This document shows, one piece after another, positions 12,192 to 28,145 of a DNA stretch of 64,000 nt. The translations under genes were made by a program, and so were the position numbers. This stretch comes from the human T2T-CHM13v2.0 reference genome, Homo sapiens, in the NCBI RefSeq assembly GCF_009914755.1, contig NC_060940.1; one strand, written 5' to 3'. Within the stretch, counting starts at the first letter, position 1. Each line of letters begins with the position of its first letter. The notes beneath the pieces were generated by a model. The model was not told the DNA's origin and did no database searches. It saw only the letters and a list, made by a program, of their open reading frames with translations.

Positions 12192-13105
12192 CTATGCTAG
12201 GCTGATCCTAAAATTCAGGTTGAATATTTCTTATCCAAAATGCTTGGGACCAGAGGTGTTTTCAATTTTGAATCGTTTTTTCTTTTGGATTTTAGAATAT
12301 TTGCATATACATAATGAGATATCTTGGGGATGGGGCCTACGTCTGAACACGAAATTCATTTGTTTCACATACACCTAATACATGTAGCCTAAAGATAATT
12401 TCACTTCCCCCTGGGGACGCTGAGTTTGTTGTGTGCCTGAGTTTTTACTACAATCTGTCACGTGAAGTCAGGTGTGGAGTGTTCCACTTGTGTTGTGATG
12501 TCAGCTCTCAAAAAGTTTTAAATTTCGGAGCATTTCAAATTTTGGATCTTTGGATTAGTGATGCTCAATTTTCCAATGACTGTGACTCCAGGTATTCAGG
12601 CCCTTGTGTAATCACTTCCTTGGGCTAGCCTAGGAATGTACTTTTAATAAACATAATGCAGGAAAACTGATGGAATAATGAGCCTCCTGAGAATGGGCTA
12701 CAAGGACTCTGGTTTCTATCCTGTCTTCCCCTGTCTCTCTCACTCTCCCTTGCTTGCTCTGCTGGAATCCAGTTGCACTGTTGTAAGCTGCCTGGTGGGG
12801 AAGTCCATGTGGTAAGGAACTGATGATTCCAGCCAGTGAGAAACTGCTGTGCCCTGCCAGCTGCCACAGGCATTAACCTGGAAGTGGATTGTCCTCCATT
12901 TGAATCTTGAGATGAAGACAGCAGCCTTGTGAGGGACCCCGACTCAAATAACCCAACTAGATCACTTTGATCCCTGACCCACAGAAAATGGGAGACAATG
13001 CAGGGACTTTAGAGCAAGTCCCTATGCTAGCCCAAAGAGGTGATTACACAAGTTTGGTTTGAACATTTTGGGATAATTTGTTAAATGGAAATAGACAATC
13101 AATAC
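12192..13105 (+). mobile_element. MLT1F-like LTR, interrupted near its 5' end by Tigger4b
   Basis: ccaggtattcaggcccttgtgtaatc...ctgacccacagaaaatgggaga...atagacaatcaataca. Confidence 0.7.
12216..12568. mobile_element. Tigger4b-like (TcMar-Tigger) MITE
   Basis: caggttgaatatttcttatccaaaatgcttgggaccaga...ggattagtgatgctcaa; about 355 bp. Confidence 0.8.
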
Positions 13106-13129
13106 AGTAATATTTCAAATCATACATAT

Positions 13130-13575
13130 CCTTTGCTAGACCCTTTCTAGAGACAGGGGAGACTGAGAGGAATGAGAAGACACAGTCCCTGCCCTCCAGA
13201 AGCTCATGGGCTAGTAGGATGGAAAGATAATCACTTAAAGTGAGAATCTAGAAGTGTGTGCAAGGTACAGAGGTGGCAGAGGAGATTCAACATTAATGAA
13301 GGATTCCAGGGCTTTGAAGTAGGAGTAGGAGTTCATAAGAAGATGCTGCAAACTATGTTTTTTGAATGAATGAATACTCTGGAATGGCAAGAGATGGGAA
13401 GCAAGACCAATTGAGATACAGGAAATGGGGTTATCATAATTTGGCAACCAATCTGCAGGAAGGGAGGGGTGGAGACAGGAAAAAGTCAAAGATGACTGGA
13501 TTTTGTTGTTGTTGTTCAGTTAAACAAGTGGTGGTTGTGCCATCAGCTAAGATAAAGATCACAGGAAGAAGACTG
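13130..13575 (-). mobile_element. L2 fragments
   Basis: gacacagtccctgccctccagaagctcatgggctagt...gtggtggttgtgccatcagctaagataaag. Confidence 0.65.
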
Positions 13576-13697
13576 CAAAGAGCAGTAAGCCTTTGTAACA
13601 GATCTCGGTCATGTGCCATACTGCTGTTCTTTAGCTTTCTTTGATCACTATTTGATAGGAGAGAGAGGGAGAGAGAAAGAGAGAGACAGAGAGATAA

Positions 13698-14075
13698 TGA
13701 TATTAGTTATCATTGTGCAACAAAACTTAATGATAGCATTCTGAGAATGGCTTAACTGCTCAGGATCTCTCTGAAGTTGCCATCAAGATATTGGTCAGGG
13801 CTGCAGTCAGCTAAAGGCTTGACTGGGGCTGGAGGATCCACTTCCAAGATGATTCACATGGCTATTGGCTGAAGGTCTCAGTTCCTCTCCATCAGGCTGC
13901 ATCTTCCAGGGAGCTAACATCTTTCAGAGCAAGACATTAATCAAAGAGCAAGAGAGTAACCAGGAAGCTGCAAGATATTTTATAACCTAGACTCCTAAGT
14001 CATACACTGTCACTTCTGCTTTATCCTATCCCTTAGAATTGAGTGACATAAAAAATTTGTGGCCATATCTTAACA
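13698..14075 (-). mobile_element. MLT1-family LTR
   Basis: aaggcttgactggggctggaggatccacttccaagatg. Confidence 0.75.
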
Positions 14076-14264
14076 CACACACCCATACACATATGTATGT
14101 GTGTATATATACACATTATGTATATGTATGTGTGCTTAGACTGATACCTTAGTAGTCTAATAGTAGTAGATACTTAATAAATATTTATGAATGAAATGTT
14201 TACACTGCATGCAGAAGTTTTATTCTATTTCATTTAAAATGTTACAAACATGTTTCTATGGTAT

Positions 14265-14505
14265 TAAGAAATAAAAATATCATAGGCTTTGCATAGACTC
14301 AGGCTGGTTTGAGTTTTGAATACCAGATCCATCTCTACAAACCTGGACAAGTCGTTCAACTGCTCCAAAGCACAGTTTCAGTGTCTATCAAATGAGAATA
14401 ATAGCACTTACATATCCCAGAGTTGTTATAAGGATTAAATCACCTAGTATGTGCACAGGACTTAAGCCACTGCCTGGCACATGGCAATCATTATTTAAAT
14501 GTCAT
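14265..14505 (+). mobile_element. MIR SINE
   Basis: tctatcaaatgagaataatagcactt...gttgttataaggattaaat...tgcctggcacatgg. Confidence 0.8.
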
Positions 14506-16402
14506 TTATTTTTCATATTTTGCATTCCAGAATGGTGTGGCCTTTCATGTACTTCCCCTGTATTTTCTGCTGCTATTTCCTCCTGGCTTGTGGTTGAGGT
14601 TTTAAGGATTCAGACATCCAGGAATGAGGTTTCACAGGGGCCTCATGGTGTGAAAGGGGATACGCTTTCTGTTCTAGTAGAAGCACGTGGTCGCTTCCTG
14701 TTCTGTATCTGCTGTAGGAGATCAGAAAGCACAGGGGCTGATGCCAACCATTATGCTGACTGTAGACATGACTAATTGGTTGTCCATTCCAGGAATTAAC
14801 ACTTCTTCCCACAAATACCTGATTACAATGACTAATCAGACAAAAGTTCTTCCCAAAACCTGCGTGAAGTACAGCTCTAATGTAATAAACCTTATTCAAT
14901 GTAGATATGATTAATTTTTCCATTCTTTCTCCTTATAGGAATCAATAAGTTGTTTAGATGTGTTTAATAGAGAAGAAATGAACAAAAAGTAGGTTTTGCT
15001 CCTTTATGAAGGTAACTTTTAAACTTTTTGCCTTTAAAAAAGACCATCTTTTTCATCTACCCAATGAGTGGGATTTTCAGGAAAATTTAGATGTGTTCAT
15101 TTCCATGATTAGGTGAGGATGATTAACGGTCCTTCCAGCAATTAGTGCTGGATTTCACTGTTACCAAAATGAACTTGCGTTCACAAATCTCACCGCATAT
15201 ATTCTGAGTGCCATATGTTACAGACCAGGGAAAATTTGTTTTCTGTTCTTGCCTCATTCCACATCTAATGCTCATGTCTCCCTTGCTCTTTTATGACATT
15301 CAAAGTACATCTGGAATGCTGAGATCCTCTCAGAAAATAATTATTTGGAGGCACCACATGAGTAATAGGACAGTAAGAAAAGAGAATACAATGTTCTGGG
15401 ACTTTCTAACGCACACGACATCAAATTGTAGGAGCTTTTTTTTTTTTTATGTTCATCAAAGTAATCTTTGTTCCAGGCTCATCCCCTTGGAAAGAAGCTT
15501 GTCTGGTGTGTATGAGTGACAATGTGGATGAAAAGCACCATATAAATTTCAAATGGCATTGTTAGTTGAAGTGGAATGGTAGGACAAGAGACTGGCACCC
15601 ATGGTAGTGGCCTCTGGTCTTTCTCTGTCTCTCATAACCATGGCACTGAGGGTCCTGAGGTTGCATTATTCAAGGTAGATTATTTAGGCAGGAAAATAGA
15701 TGGAGACAATGTTAGCCAGAGTGTCCCCATGAGCATGGGTCTCAGACAAATATTCTGGACCAAAGAGATCCTAAGTATCCCAATGACGGTAATCTTCAAA
15801 TTCCCTCCCTCCAATTCTATCCCACTCCCACCATAACTCTTAGTATCTCCATGTTCATGATGGGGGACAAGGTGTGTGTGTGAAGATGAAAGAAGACTCA
15901 ATACAAGACATAACTTACAGCTGTGAATTTATGTTGTTGTCATCCATTGATTCAATATAGATTGAACATTTAATATTATAGGGATGGAAAAATCCCACCA
16001 CCATCCTCTTAGGGTTCCAACTGGGTCAAATAATTAAATCGCCATAAGATAGGTGAACAGGGTAAAAGCATAAAATAAGTTTTATGTGGCACAGGAGCCT
16101 CCATAAAGAAATGATGACATGAATAAACAGAATGAGTTATTTATGTACTGGATTGGACAAAGAATAGTTAGTTATGAAGAAACAACTACATTATGTGGGG
16201 AGGCTTAAAAGATAAGAGTTTCTCTAACAAGGTCTATACCATATTCTCTTGGTCTCTCTTGCCTTTTTTTCCAGTATAGGAAGAGTGTCTTTAATATGGG
16301 AATTTTGTTTTCTGCTTTAAAGAAACAGCATAAAGGTCAATGTGGTCTTCTTGCACCTGCGGTTTTTTCAAGTGCCTTTAACTTAATAAATAGTTAATAT
16401 GC

Positions 16403-16960
<558 letters not shown>

Positions 16961-17022
16961 TCAGTGCTTAGAAAGCTAAGATTCTAGATAATGGGTCATG
17001 ACCACACTCTTGGGAACACTAG

Positions 17023-17483
<461 letters not shown>

Positions 17484-17524
17484 TAACTGAATTCAAGGAC
17501 TGGAGGTGGGCTTTTAAAAAGCTG

Positions 17525-17720
17525 CTTTTTTTTTTCTACTATGAAACATTTAGGACATAAAAAATGTTTAAAGAACAGTTTAGTGAACATCCAGATATTT
17601 ATCACATAGTTTAAGAAATAAACCCCATGAATTCATTTGAAGGTCTTTGTGTGTTCCTCCTCTGCCTTATCCCACTCTCAACCTACAGAATTGCTATCTT
17701 GATTTTTACGTTATCATTCC
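17525..17720 (-). mobile_element. Old L1 (L1ME-like) 3' fragment
   Basis: ttttctactatgaaacatttaggacataaaaaatg...gtgaacatccagata. Confidence 0.45.
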
Positions 17721-17898
17721 TAGAGGTGTGATTATTTAATAGGGGCATTCTAAGTCAATAAGGTTAGGATGAAATAAAAGCCATCATGTTGAATCATGTG
17801 TCTACTGAAATCCTCTATCTTGAAGGACTTTTAGCAAAAAATTAGAAATGTGAATGTTTGGTCTAAATTCTCCACTGCATTATAATTAATGTCATTGA

Positions 17899-18204
<306 letters not shown>

Positions 18205-18417
18205 TGATTTTATGCTTTAACATTCACATCTTCTACTGAAGGACTATCTTCTAAGGATGATTTCAGGTTGTAAGCAGGAGTCCATGTAAAACCCAAGAGT
18301 GAGAATGCAAAAAGGGATTGCAGGGCCTAGAAGATACTCTGTCTCTCGTTTCTGCTTCTCTGTCTGCCTGATTCTTCTTGCTCTTCATGCAAGATTTCTC
18401 CAAAACAAAGACATTCA

Positions 18418-18646
18418 TAAGGCTACCAGGTTTAGCAAAAACTTTATAGATACATATATATTTTATATATTATGTATCTCGTATATATGTGTTTGATGCT
18501 TGATTACATTTAAATTTCCGCTAAAGAATAAAGATTTTTAGTGTTCATCCTACGCAATAACTGGGTGTATTTACACTAAAAATATTTCATTGTTTATTAG
18601 AAATATAAGCTTAAATGAGAATTCAATATTTTTTTCTGCCAACCCT
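18418..18646. mobile_element. MER53-like palindromic hAT MITE with internal (TA)n
   Basis: ggctaccaggtttagcaaa...ctaaaaatatttcattgtttat...ctgccaacccta. Confidence 0.6.
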
Positions 18647-18949
18647 AAATAGCTTTTACAAATATACGTCTCAAGCCCAGCCCCATGTAGAGACTCGTTT
18701 TCTCTTCCTTTTAACTCCTGGGAGGGAAAAGACTCTGATTGGTCCAGCCTTGGTGGGTTTCAAGTAGCTTGGGCTGAGTAATGTTGATTACACAGTGCTA
18801 CTAGAAGACTACCTTTGTGGATTAAGGCAGCAACTACAGAGGGTGATTGTGAGCTGGGATGACATACAATGTCCACTCCAGACTATCTGTATTTACTTCG
18901 CTTTCAAATAAATGGAGATTGTTCTCGTTGGTTCCTTCTCTCATTTCTC

Positions 18950-19190
18950 TTAGGAGGCAGTGTTATGTGGCAGGTAGGAACACAGACCCTGAATTTCCAC
19001 TTCCAAGCGTGATTCCTTCCTCTACTACTTACCAGTTACGATTTTGTGCAAGTCAACTTCCTTATATGTAAAAACGAGATAGATAATAATAGTAACTATA
19101 GGATTGCTGTGAAAATTAAATGAACTAAAATAGGTAAAGCACTTAGAACCCTGCCTGTAACATATTAAAATTATACAACAGTTTATTATT
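18950..19190 (+). mobile_element. MIR SINE
   Basis: ggaggcagtgttatgtgg...aggattgctgtgaaaattaaatga...gtaaagcacttagaac. Confidence 0.8.
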
Positions 19191-19327
19191 TTTCTCCTGA
19201 GAAAAGTGTATGCCCAGTGGCTTTCAGGAAGGATGTCCAGGAAGAGAGGGGGACAATCTAACTGACTCACTTGGTTTTAAAACCAGTGTATACCAACTTT
19301 AGGCTTATTCTTCAAAATATTTTAGCC

Positions 19328-19552
19328 CAGAAGTCTACTAATATTTCTGTAAAGGGTCAGATAGCAAATATTTTAGGCTTTATGGGTCCTGTGGTGTTTG
19401 CACAATGCCCCAAGTGTGCTGCTGTAGCATGAAAGCAGGCATGGAAAATTTATAAGCAAATGGGTGTGGTCTTGTTTCAATAAAACTTTATTTACAAAAA
19501 CAGACAGTGGGCCAGATGTGGCCCATGGACAGTAGTTTGTTAACTGCTCCTG
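19328..19552. mobile_element. MER58A hAT MITE
   Basis: ttctgtaaagggtcagatagcaaatattttaggcttt...caataaaactttatttacaaaaacag...gggccagatgtggccc. Confidence 0.85.
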
Positions 19553-20186
19553 TAACCCTTCTGGCATCACTCTTTTTCCCACTTTTCAAAGAATCAATTG
19601 AAACTAATATAAACTAATCCTCCTGTCCCCCCCTCAGTCATGGATTTCACAGACACTGAATGACGACTGCCTTGAACACTTGCTGAAAATCAGTTTTACA
19701 ATATGCTAAGAGCCTTAAAACTGTAGAGACCATTTATTAGTTTGACAAACATTGATTCAGAATCCATGATATATTAAGCACCCTTCTGGCCACTACTGGA
19801 CATCCCTTCAAAAGAAATCATCAGAGAAGCAGACACAGACAAGGAAAATCAAATATATTTATCAAAATGTGATTACAATAGCAAATAATTTTCATAGCTT
19901 CTTAAAATACAACCTAAATTTATAATGTTTAGGTAAATTCTGGTACAATCATAATATGGAATATTATGCTCTCAACAGATTTCCATCCTTCACAATAATG
20001 TAAATTTTTTTTACTAGTTTTCAAGTTTTAGGATCAACTTCTAGAGAAAGCACTAATGTTTCAATTATGGACTAAAGAGAGAATATAAAAATTAGCAAAA
20101 CCAACTAAAAGAAAAATTATAGCTAACAGAAGTTGAGAAGTGTTAGGGAAGATAACAAGATGAGGCCCTTACAAAATGTTAAATAA

Positions 20187-20537
<351 letters not shown>

Positions 20538-21189
20538 TTATAGTATAATGGTAATCAAGAAAGGAATTTAAAAATAAAGGCATAACTTGGGAGAAGAGGC
20601 AGGAGAAAATATGTGTTTGGAGATGGTGGTAGAAATGAACCCAACTCCCAACCATCATAGCAGGAAATCAACAGATAATTCCTGAAGTAGAGACATCTAG
20701 AAGTCACATGTTATTTAGCCATATGGAGGTAACAGAGAAACTTCAAATGAAAATGCTTAAAAAGTGGTTCCCAAGGGGATATGACTAGATGAGGAGGGTG
20801 GTGTGTGTGGAAATAGGGGAGGGAACTATTGCATTTCACTATTGAAAAGGAAACATTGTTTATGAATAGTCTGTAATAACATAGAAAAATATTTCTAATT
20901 GAAGTGGAAAGGCTTGTAACAAATTGTATACACAGAACTTTAGCAAGTATATAAAAATGAAAAAGAAAATAAGCAAAATGCTATGCATAGGGAAATGCCA
21001 AATTATCTACAGCTCTCTGGATGGTGGGAAACAGGATCATTTTATTTTTTGTCACAACCTTCTTCATTTCTGTATTTCCCCAATTTTCTATAGCAGAATT
21101 GCATTACTTTTATAATGCCAAAAGAAATTACACATTAAAAGACTTGAATGGTAGCTCTTTGGTTCAGTTTTCTATACTCTCTGTGTTAG

Positions 21190-22213
<1,024 letters not shown>

Positions 22214-22324
22214 GCTCCTTATTCTTAGTCATCATGATCCACACAACAGGATCCCAGTCCCGTTTGGTTCCCTTGAAATGATCTGTGTGTGCACCCTTGT
22301 CAAATAGAACCTGCTGTTGGCATC

Positions 22325-23110
22325 TCAGATGCAGCAAAGAGACCATGGGCTTTGGAGTCCGGCAGACCTGGCCACTCATTTATTGTGTACCTTGGGGGAA
22401 AATCACTTGTAGCATAGCACCTGCAATGCTGACTGGTACACAGTGATTTGTAAAGAAGAAATTTCTCTGAACCTACCTCCCTGTCTTTAAAAGGAGACAC
22501 ATAACAATAATCCTTACTTTCTAGAGTAATTGTGAGAACAAGAGAGCTTGTATGTCAAAGGACGTAGCATAGTGTGTGGCACATGACAGGGTCTTAGTAA
22601 GAGGAAGCTGTCACTACAGTACCCAATCTTTAGTATGTTTATAAAGCTTAGCACAGAGGTTTATGCCCCATATTCATTACCTCGTTTAATCTTCTTGTGG
22701 TCCTTCCAGTTAGGGAGGGATTTCTCTCAGGTTGGGGCTACAACATGAAGTGTAGCTAAGAGCATGGACTTGAGACAAACAGACTTCCATTGTCTAGCTG
22801 TGTAATTAGGAAAGTTATGTAACTTCTCAAAGCACCTTTATTTTCTCATCTGTAAAATGGGATGTTAATAGGATACCTACCTCAAGGATGGTAGTGAGAA
22901 TTAAATAAATTACTGTATGTAAATTGCATGGAGGAGTGCCTGGTGCATAATATAGTTAGCTATTATTATTCTTGTTTTACAGATGAGATCACTGAAACTG
23001 GAAGTGGATGGATAGCTCTCCTATGGAGGAGGGTCACACATTTAAGAGTGAAAACATGAACCCAGGCGGGTAGAAGCCATCACTTGCTTGCTTAATCATC
23101 ATGCTGTTTA
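22325..23110. mobile_element. Cluster of about four MIR fragments in both orientations
   Basis: gggctttggagtccggcagacctgg; ttttctcatctgtaaaatggg; ttttacagatgagatcactgaa. Confidence 0.7.
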
Positions 23111-23793
23111 CCCTCTCCCTGGTCAACTATTTAGCATAAGTGAATATGGATAAAATTGCCCAGATGAACTGTTGCTCACTACATATTGCATTTGTAGGTT
23201 AGAGTAAATAACATCTGATAGAAAGTGTCATTACAATTAAAAAAAAAAAGAGAGAGAGCTTCAGATGCCCAGTGTTGTACCCAAGCTAAAGATGAAGGAT
23301 GGCATTTGGAAAGGGCATATCACAGGGACTGCAGAGCCTGGGCATGGAGCGATGACTCAACACTGAGTCCCTGGTTGCTACCCACAGTCTGGATGGCTTG
23401 CTGGTAGCCTGGGAAGCGAGGGTGGAGGGGTCAGTGGCTTTGTGTTGGAAATTGTGGAGCAGAGAAGAAACAACTATTGCAAAAGTTTCCTGCAACCACA
23501 GAGAACGTGTCCAGAGTGATTTATTGCAACTGGAGTTTCATTATTTCCTTCTGTCTAGGGGATTCTGTGTGTAGGTTTCTGCTGACCTCCTTCCCCAGGA
23601 AGCGAGAACAGAATGTGACCTCTCCTTGTTCTTTATTGAGTCCAAGTGCTCAAATGCACCTTCAGGTCAGACGCAAACCCATGAGGGATCTACTTTGAGC
23701 CCACAATCATGGAATTCTGATGTGCTACAAGGTGGCAGTAAAAATGGAAACCATCATTCCTGATATTTTAAGCCAGTACCATGTTCCAGTCAT

Positions 23794-23969
23794 ACTATAT
23801 CACCGAATCTAAAATGACTTCAATAACTTTCACTTTTGTTTCATGTACCACTAAGAAAAAAAACCCTCCATCCAATAACCTAGGATATACCCTCAATTGT
23901 AAGTCACATTCCAATTCCAGAGATGATAAAATGTGGTAAACATGTGTCTGAAGAGTAATTCAATATAGT
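23794..23969. mobile_element. MER104-like TcMar-Tc2 MITE inside a MIR
   Basis: ctatatcaccgaatctaaaatg...atgtaccactaagaaaaaa...agagatgataaaatgtg. Confidence 0.6.
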
Positions 23970-24669
23970 GTTAGCTCATTTGATCCTCCCATTGACTCCA
24001 CAAAGCAGGCATAAATATACACCTCCTTCAAGAATAGGAAAGTGGTTCAGAGATATTAGATAACTTGTTCAAAGTTAAACAGTCAGTAAGAAAGGGCCAA
24101 AATTTAAACCTGGGCAGCCTGATGCAAGCCCATGCACCTCCTGCAACCTGCAAGTCACCTGTTCTCTGTGCATTTAAGGAAGGAAGCCTGGTGGTATCTT
24201 CGTGTTCCTTCTCTCCCTTTCCTCAGCTGAACTTCAGGCTTCACACATTACAGCTTCCCTGTCCCAGACTGAGTCCCTAGCTGCTTCCAGAGGCCAGTAG
24301 AGCCCCAGAGGTCAGAACTTCCTCCTTGAATCTTTTCAAAACTCTCTGGTTGGGAACAGCAGAAACTATCAATAGCAGACGGGGAGCTTGTTGGGAGAAA
24401 AAGGGCAGCTTGCAGAATGGACCAGAGAGTGGGACATGGGCAACGCCAGGAGTCTGGATGCCAAGAAGTCTTCAAACCTCTCCTTGTAAGAATCTGCATT
24501 AGCCAATTCTGATTAATTTTCCTAAAGTCGTGTCACAAAATGCAAGAGTCAACATTTCAGGACAGACAACCCCGTTGAGGATTCTCAGGGGAAGTGTAAA
24601 CTCAGCAGGGAGTTCTTCAAGAGGAAATTTAGGCAAAGAGTTCAGGCTTTGGGTTCAAACTGCCTTCTT

Positions 24670-24778
24670 TTTTTAAATTTTATTATTATTATACTTTAAG
24701 TTTTAGGGTACATGTGCACAACATGCAGGTTTGTTACATATGTATACATGTGCCATGCTTGTATGCTGCACCCATTCA
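24670..24778 (-). mobile_element. About 110-bp L1PA 3'-terminal insertion in a MIR
   Basis: ttattatactttaagttttagggtacatgtgcacaac...; perfect 16-bp TSD ttcaaactgccttctt. Confidence 0.92.
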
Positions 24779-25388
24779 TTCAAACTGCCTTCTTGCACAG
24801 CCAGCTCTGCCTACCCTCTGGGTGACCCTGGGAACCTAACCCCTATGCACCTCAGTCCCTGCCTCTGTAGAATGGAGATCACAACAGCCCTACCTCACAG
24901 GGCTTGGAGGATGTAGGAGATGATGCTTCACACCATGTACACAGCAAGTGCTTAATAAATGTTGGCAACCATCTGTCCCTTCATGTGTCAAACTTTGAAA
25001 GTTACAGCTCTTTGTCACAGAAACTTTCTGATGCCTACAACTTCATGATTTTTTTTCCAGAAGTATCTAAAGTCCCTAAGATTGGAAATGCCTCATGTTT
25101 GATTTTGAGCTACCACTTGGAAGTGAAAACCCTCAGGTCTCAAATTTTCTGTTGAAAATATGTAATATCTGACATTGGTATATAAATGGATCATTTCCAT
25201 AGTCATCCTTCAAATGCCTTGTTTTTTTTTTTTTGATCCACTATGTACATAGTCTGTGCCCAACACTGTGGCAATGTCTATAATCTATATGCAAGGAGAT
25301 AAGGTCTGTATCATTCATGAATTTATGACTTAATAGGTCAGAAACCTATTAAGTTGTAAACAATAGGTCATAAACTTAAGGAATAAAC

Positions 25389-25901
25389 TAGGTTTCCCAA
25401 CCTCATACTATTGACATTTTATCAATTCTTTGTTGGGAGGAGCCATCCTGTGCATTGTAGGATGTTTAGAACATCCCTGGTCTCTACTTCTAGATGCCAG
25501 TAGCAAATACCCTTCCCTTTAGTTTTAAAAACCAAAAATACCTCCATTTTTTTTTTTCTTTTTGAGACAGAGTCTCGCTCTGTTGCCCAGGCTGGAGTGC
25601 AATGGCACGATCTCGGCTCACTGCAACCTCCACCTCCTGGGTTCAAGTGATTCTTCTGCCTTAGCATCCTGACTGAGTAGCTGGAAGTACAGGTGTGTGC
25701 CACCCCTCCCATCTAATTTTGTGGTTTTAGTAGAGACAGAGTTTCACCATATCGGCCAGGCTGGTCTCAAACTCTTGACCTCAGGTGATCTGCCCACCTC
25801 TGTCTCCCAAAGTGCTGGGATTTGGGAGCCACCGTGCCTGGCCCTCCAGACGTTTCTAAATGTGCCTTGGGGTGCAATGTTGCTCCCAGCTGAGGACCAC
25901 T
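25389..25901. mobile_element. MER20 hAT MITE interrupted by an Alu
   Basis: tcctgtgcattgtaggatgtttagaacatccctgg...ctccagacgtttctaaatgtgcc...gaggaccactg. Confidence 0.85.
25547..25843 (-). mobile_element. Alu (AluSx-like)
   Basis: Full dimer; short TSD ctcca. Confidence 0.93.
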
Positions 25902-26054
25902 GTGGTGGATCAACATAAGCTCCAAGAGAAACTAGCTGTCTCTGTCTGGTTCACCATTGCATTCTCAGGATCTAGAAGAGTACCTGACACATAGAAGGTG
26001 CTTTACATTTGCAAAATGATCAAATAAACCTGGATCATGGCAATCTTAGGCTAA

Positions 26055-26532
<478 letters not shown>

Positions 26533-27233
26533 AACCACATTTATTTTTACAAAATGATCTCAACCGCTTGGCGAGAAATCATTTCGGCCTACCACGTTTA
26601 TCCTGCACTAGAAGACCCGTTGGAAGAACTGTCAAACAAATATATTAGTCGTCAAAGTGACACTACGAGGTAAACCCTACATGAATAAGAGACGATAATG
26701 TTTTATCGCACAAGAATAAAGCTGGCTCTTTCCCCCTGCTTGACATAGATTTGAAATGGTACCTCCAAGGCTGTGGCTGGAAAGAGCCCAGCTTCAAGTG
26801 AGCCTCCTCCCTTTTGTTGCTCCCTCTCTGCCATCCTGGGATGGGAGTGTGCGTGGGGAGCAGGGGGGTTACTCAGAATCTGATGTAATCCCTCCTTTCC
26901 ATCCATGATGCACAGTCCTGAGCTTGCAGAGGAGCCCTGGGAATGGTCTCTCAGCTGTGGCCCCTTCTGGGTCCCACAGGGGCCTTTCCAGGGTGTACAG
27001 TGCAGAGATGTGCACAGAGCTGTTAAAAAAAAAAAAAAAACAAGGCCAAGGAACAGAACGCATGTGGCTTTTCCAGCGGGGATGGTTCTTATTTAAACTT
27101 TGGTTTTACATTTGTTTTGATATTTGAATTTGAAGCCAGGCCAGGAAAAAGGAAAATCTGCAATTATAATCATTTCTTAGCCTGTTAAGATGAAACTTTA
27201 AAATGAAATGTTAGGTTAGAAAGTAGGCAAAAC

Positions 27234-27515
27234 AGCCGGGCACGGTGGCTCGCACCCGTAATCCAAGCACTTTGGGAGGCTGAAGCGGGCAGATCACGAG
27301 GTCAGGAGATCGAGACCATCCTGGCCAACATGGTGAAACCCCGTCTCTACTGAAAATACAAAAATTAGCCTGGCGTGGTGGCATGCACCTGTAGTCCCAG
27401 CTACTCAGGAGGCTGAGGCAGGAGAATCGCTTGAACCCAGGAGGCAGAGGCTGCACGGAGCCAAGATCGCATGCCACTGCACTCCAGCCTGGGTGACAGA
27501 GCGAGACTCTGTCTC

Positions 27516-27540
<25 letters not shown>
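27234..27540 (+). mobile_element. AluSc-like
   Basis: atcacgaggtcaggagatcgagaccatcctggccaac; perfect TSD aaagtaggcaaaac. Confidence 0.95.
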
Positions 27541-27546
<6 letters not shown>

Positions 27547-27554
27547 GGCAAAAC

Positions 27555-27775
27555 AGCAATAGGCTCAGAGGTCAAGCAACCCAGCAAGTTCCAATTCAGG
27601 TTTCTCTCTTTGTAGGTATGTGACCTTGAGCAAGTTATCTCACCTTTCTAAACCATGGCTTCCTTAACTGTTGTAATAATGTTAAACTCTTTGGGTGCTA
27701 GGGAAGCTTAAAGAAGATAATCCATGCCATGTTCTCAGCACTGTACCAAGAGCCACACATAAAGGAAAGGTGCTG
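27555..27775 (+). mobile_element. MIR SINE
   Basis: tatgtgaccttgagcaagttatctcacc. Confidence 0.7.
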
Positions 27776-28145
27776 TTTTGTTTTTGTTGTTGTAGTTGCT
27801 GATGAATACAGCCTCCTGTAGAGATAGTAGGGTCTCCTCTGGACAATGGCTTCTTCCAGAGATCAAGTCTTACCCCTGGAACATGCAGAGCCATGTCAAA
27901 TATGAAATCAATGTCTTCTTACCCTTTGCTTGTGAAGGGAAGCTGACAAGCTGGGTAGGACAGGGTTGGGGGACAAGGGTATTATTTGGCAAAAGCACTG
28001 AAAGTTTCCTCTTCACAGCTGGACTAAATATGGACTCATTCTGTGGCCACCCCCCTCTAGACCTCCCTGTCACCATTTATACAACAAGAAGGTTAGAATC
28101 TGAGTGTCTCTAAACTATCTTCATTCTTTGATCTACTAGTCTGGT

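Noticed and set aside
26555-26715. H/ACA snoRNA or NUMT explanation for the CpG-rich island
   Set aside because: An ACA and ANANNA can be found, but I see no convincing two-hairpin fold and recognise no mitochondrial match. Rfam and BLAST are needed.
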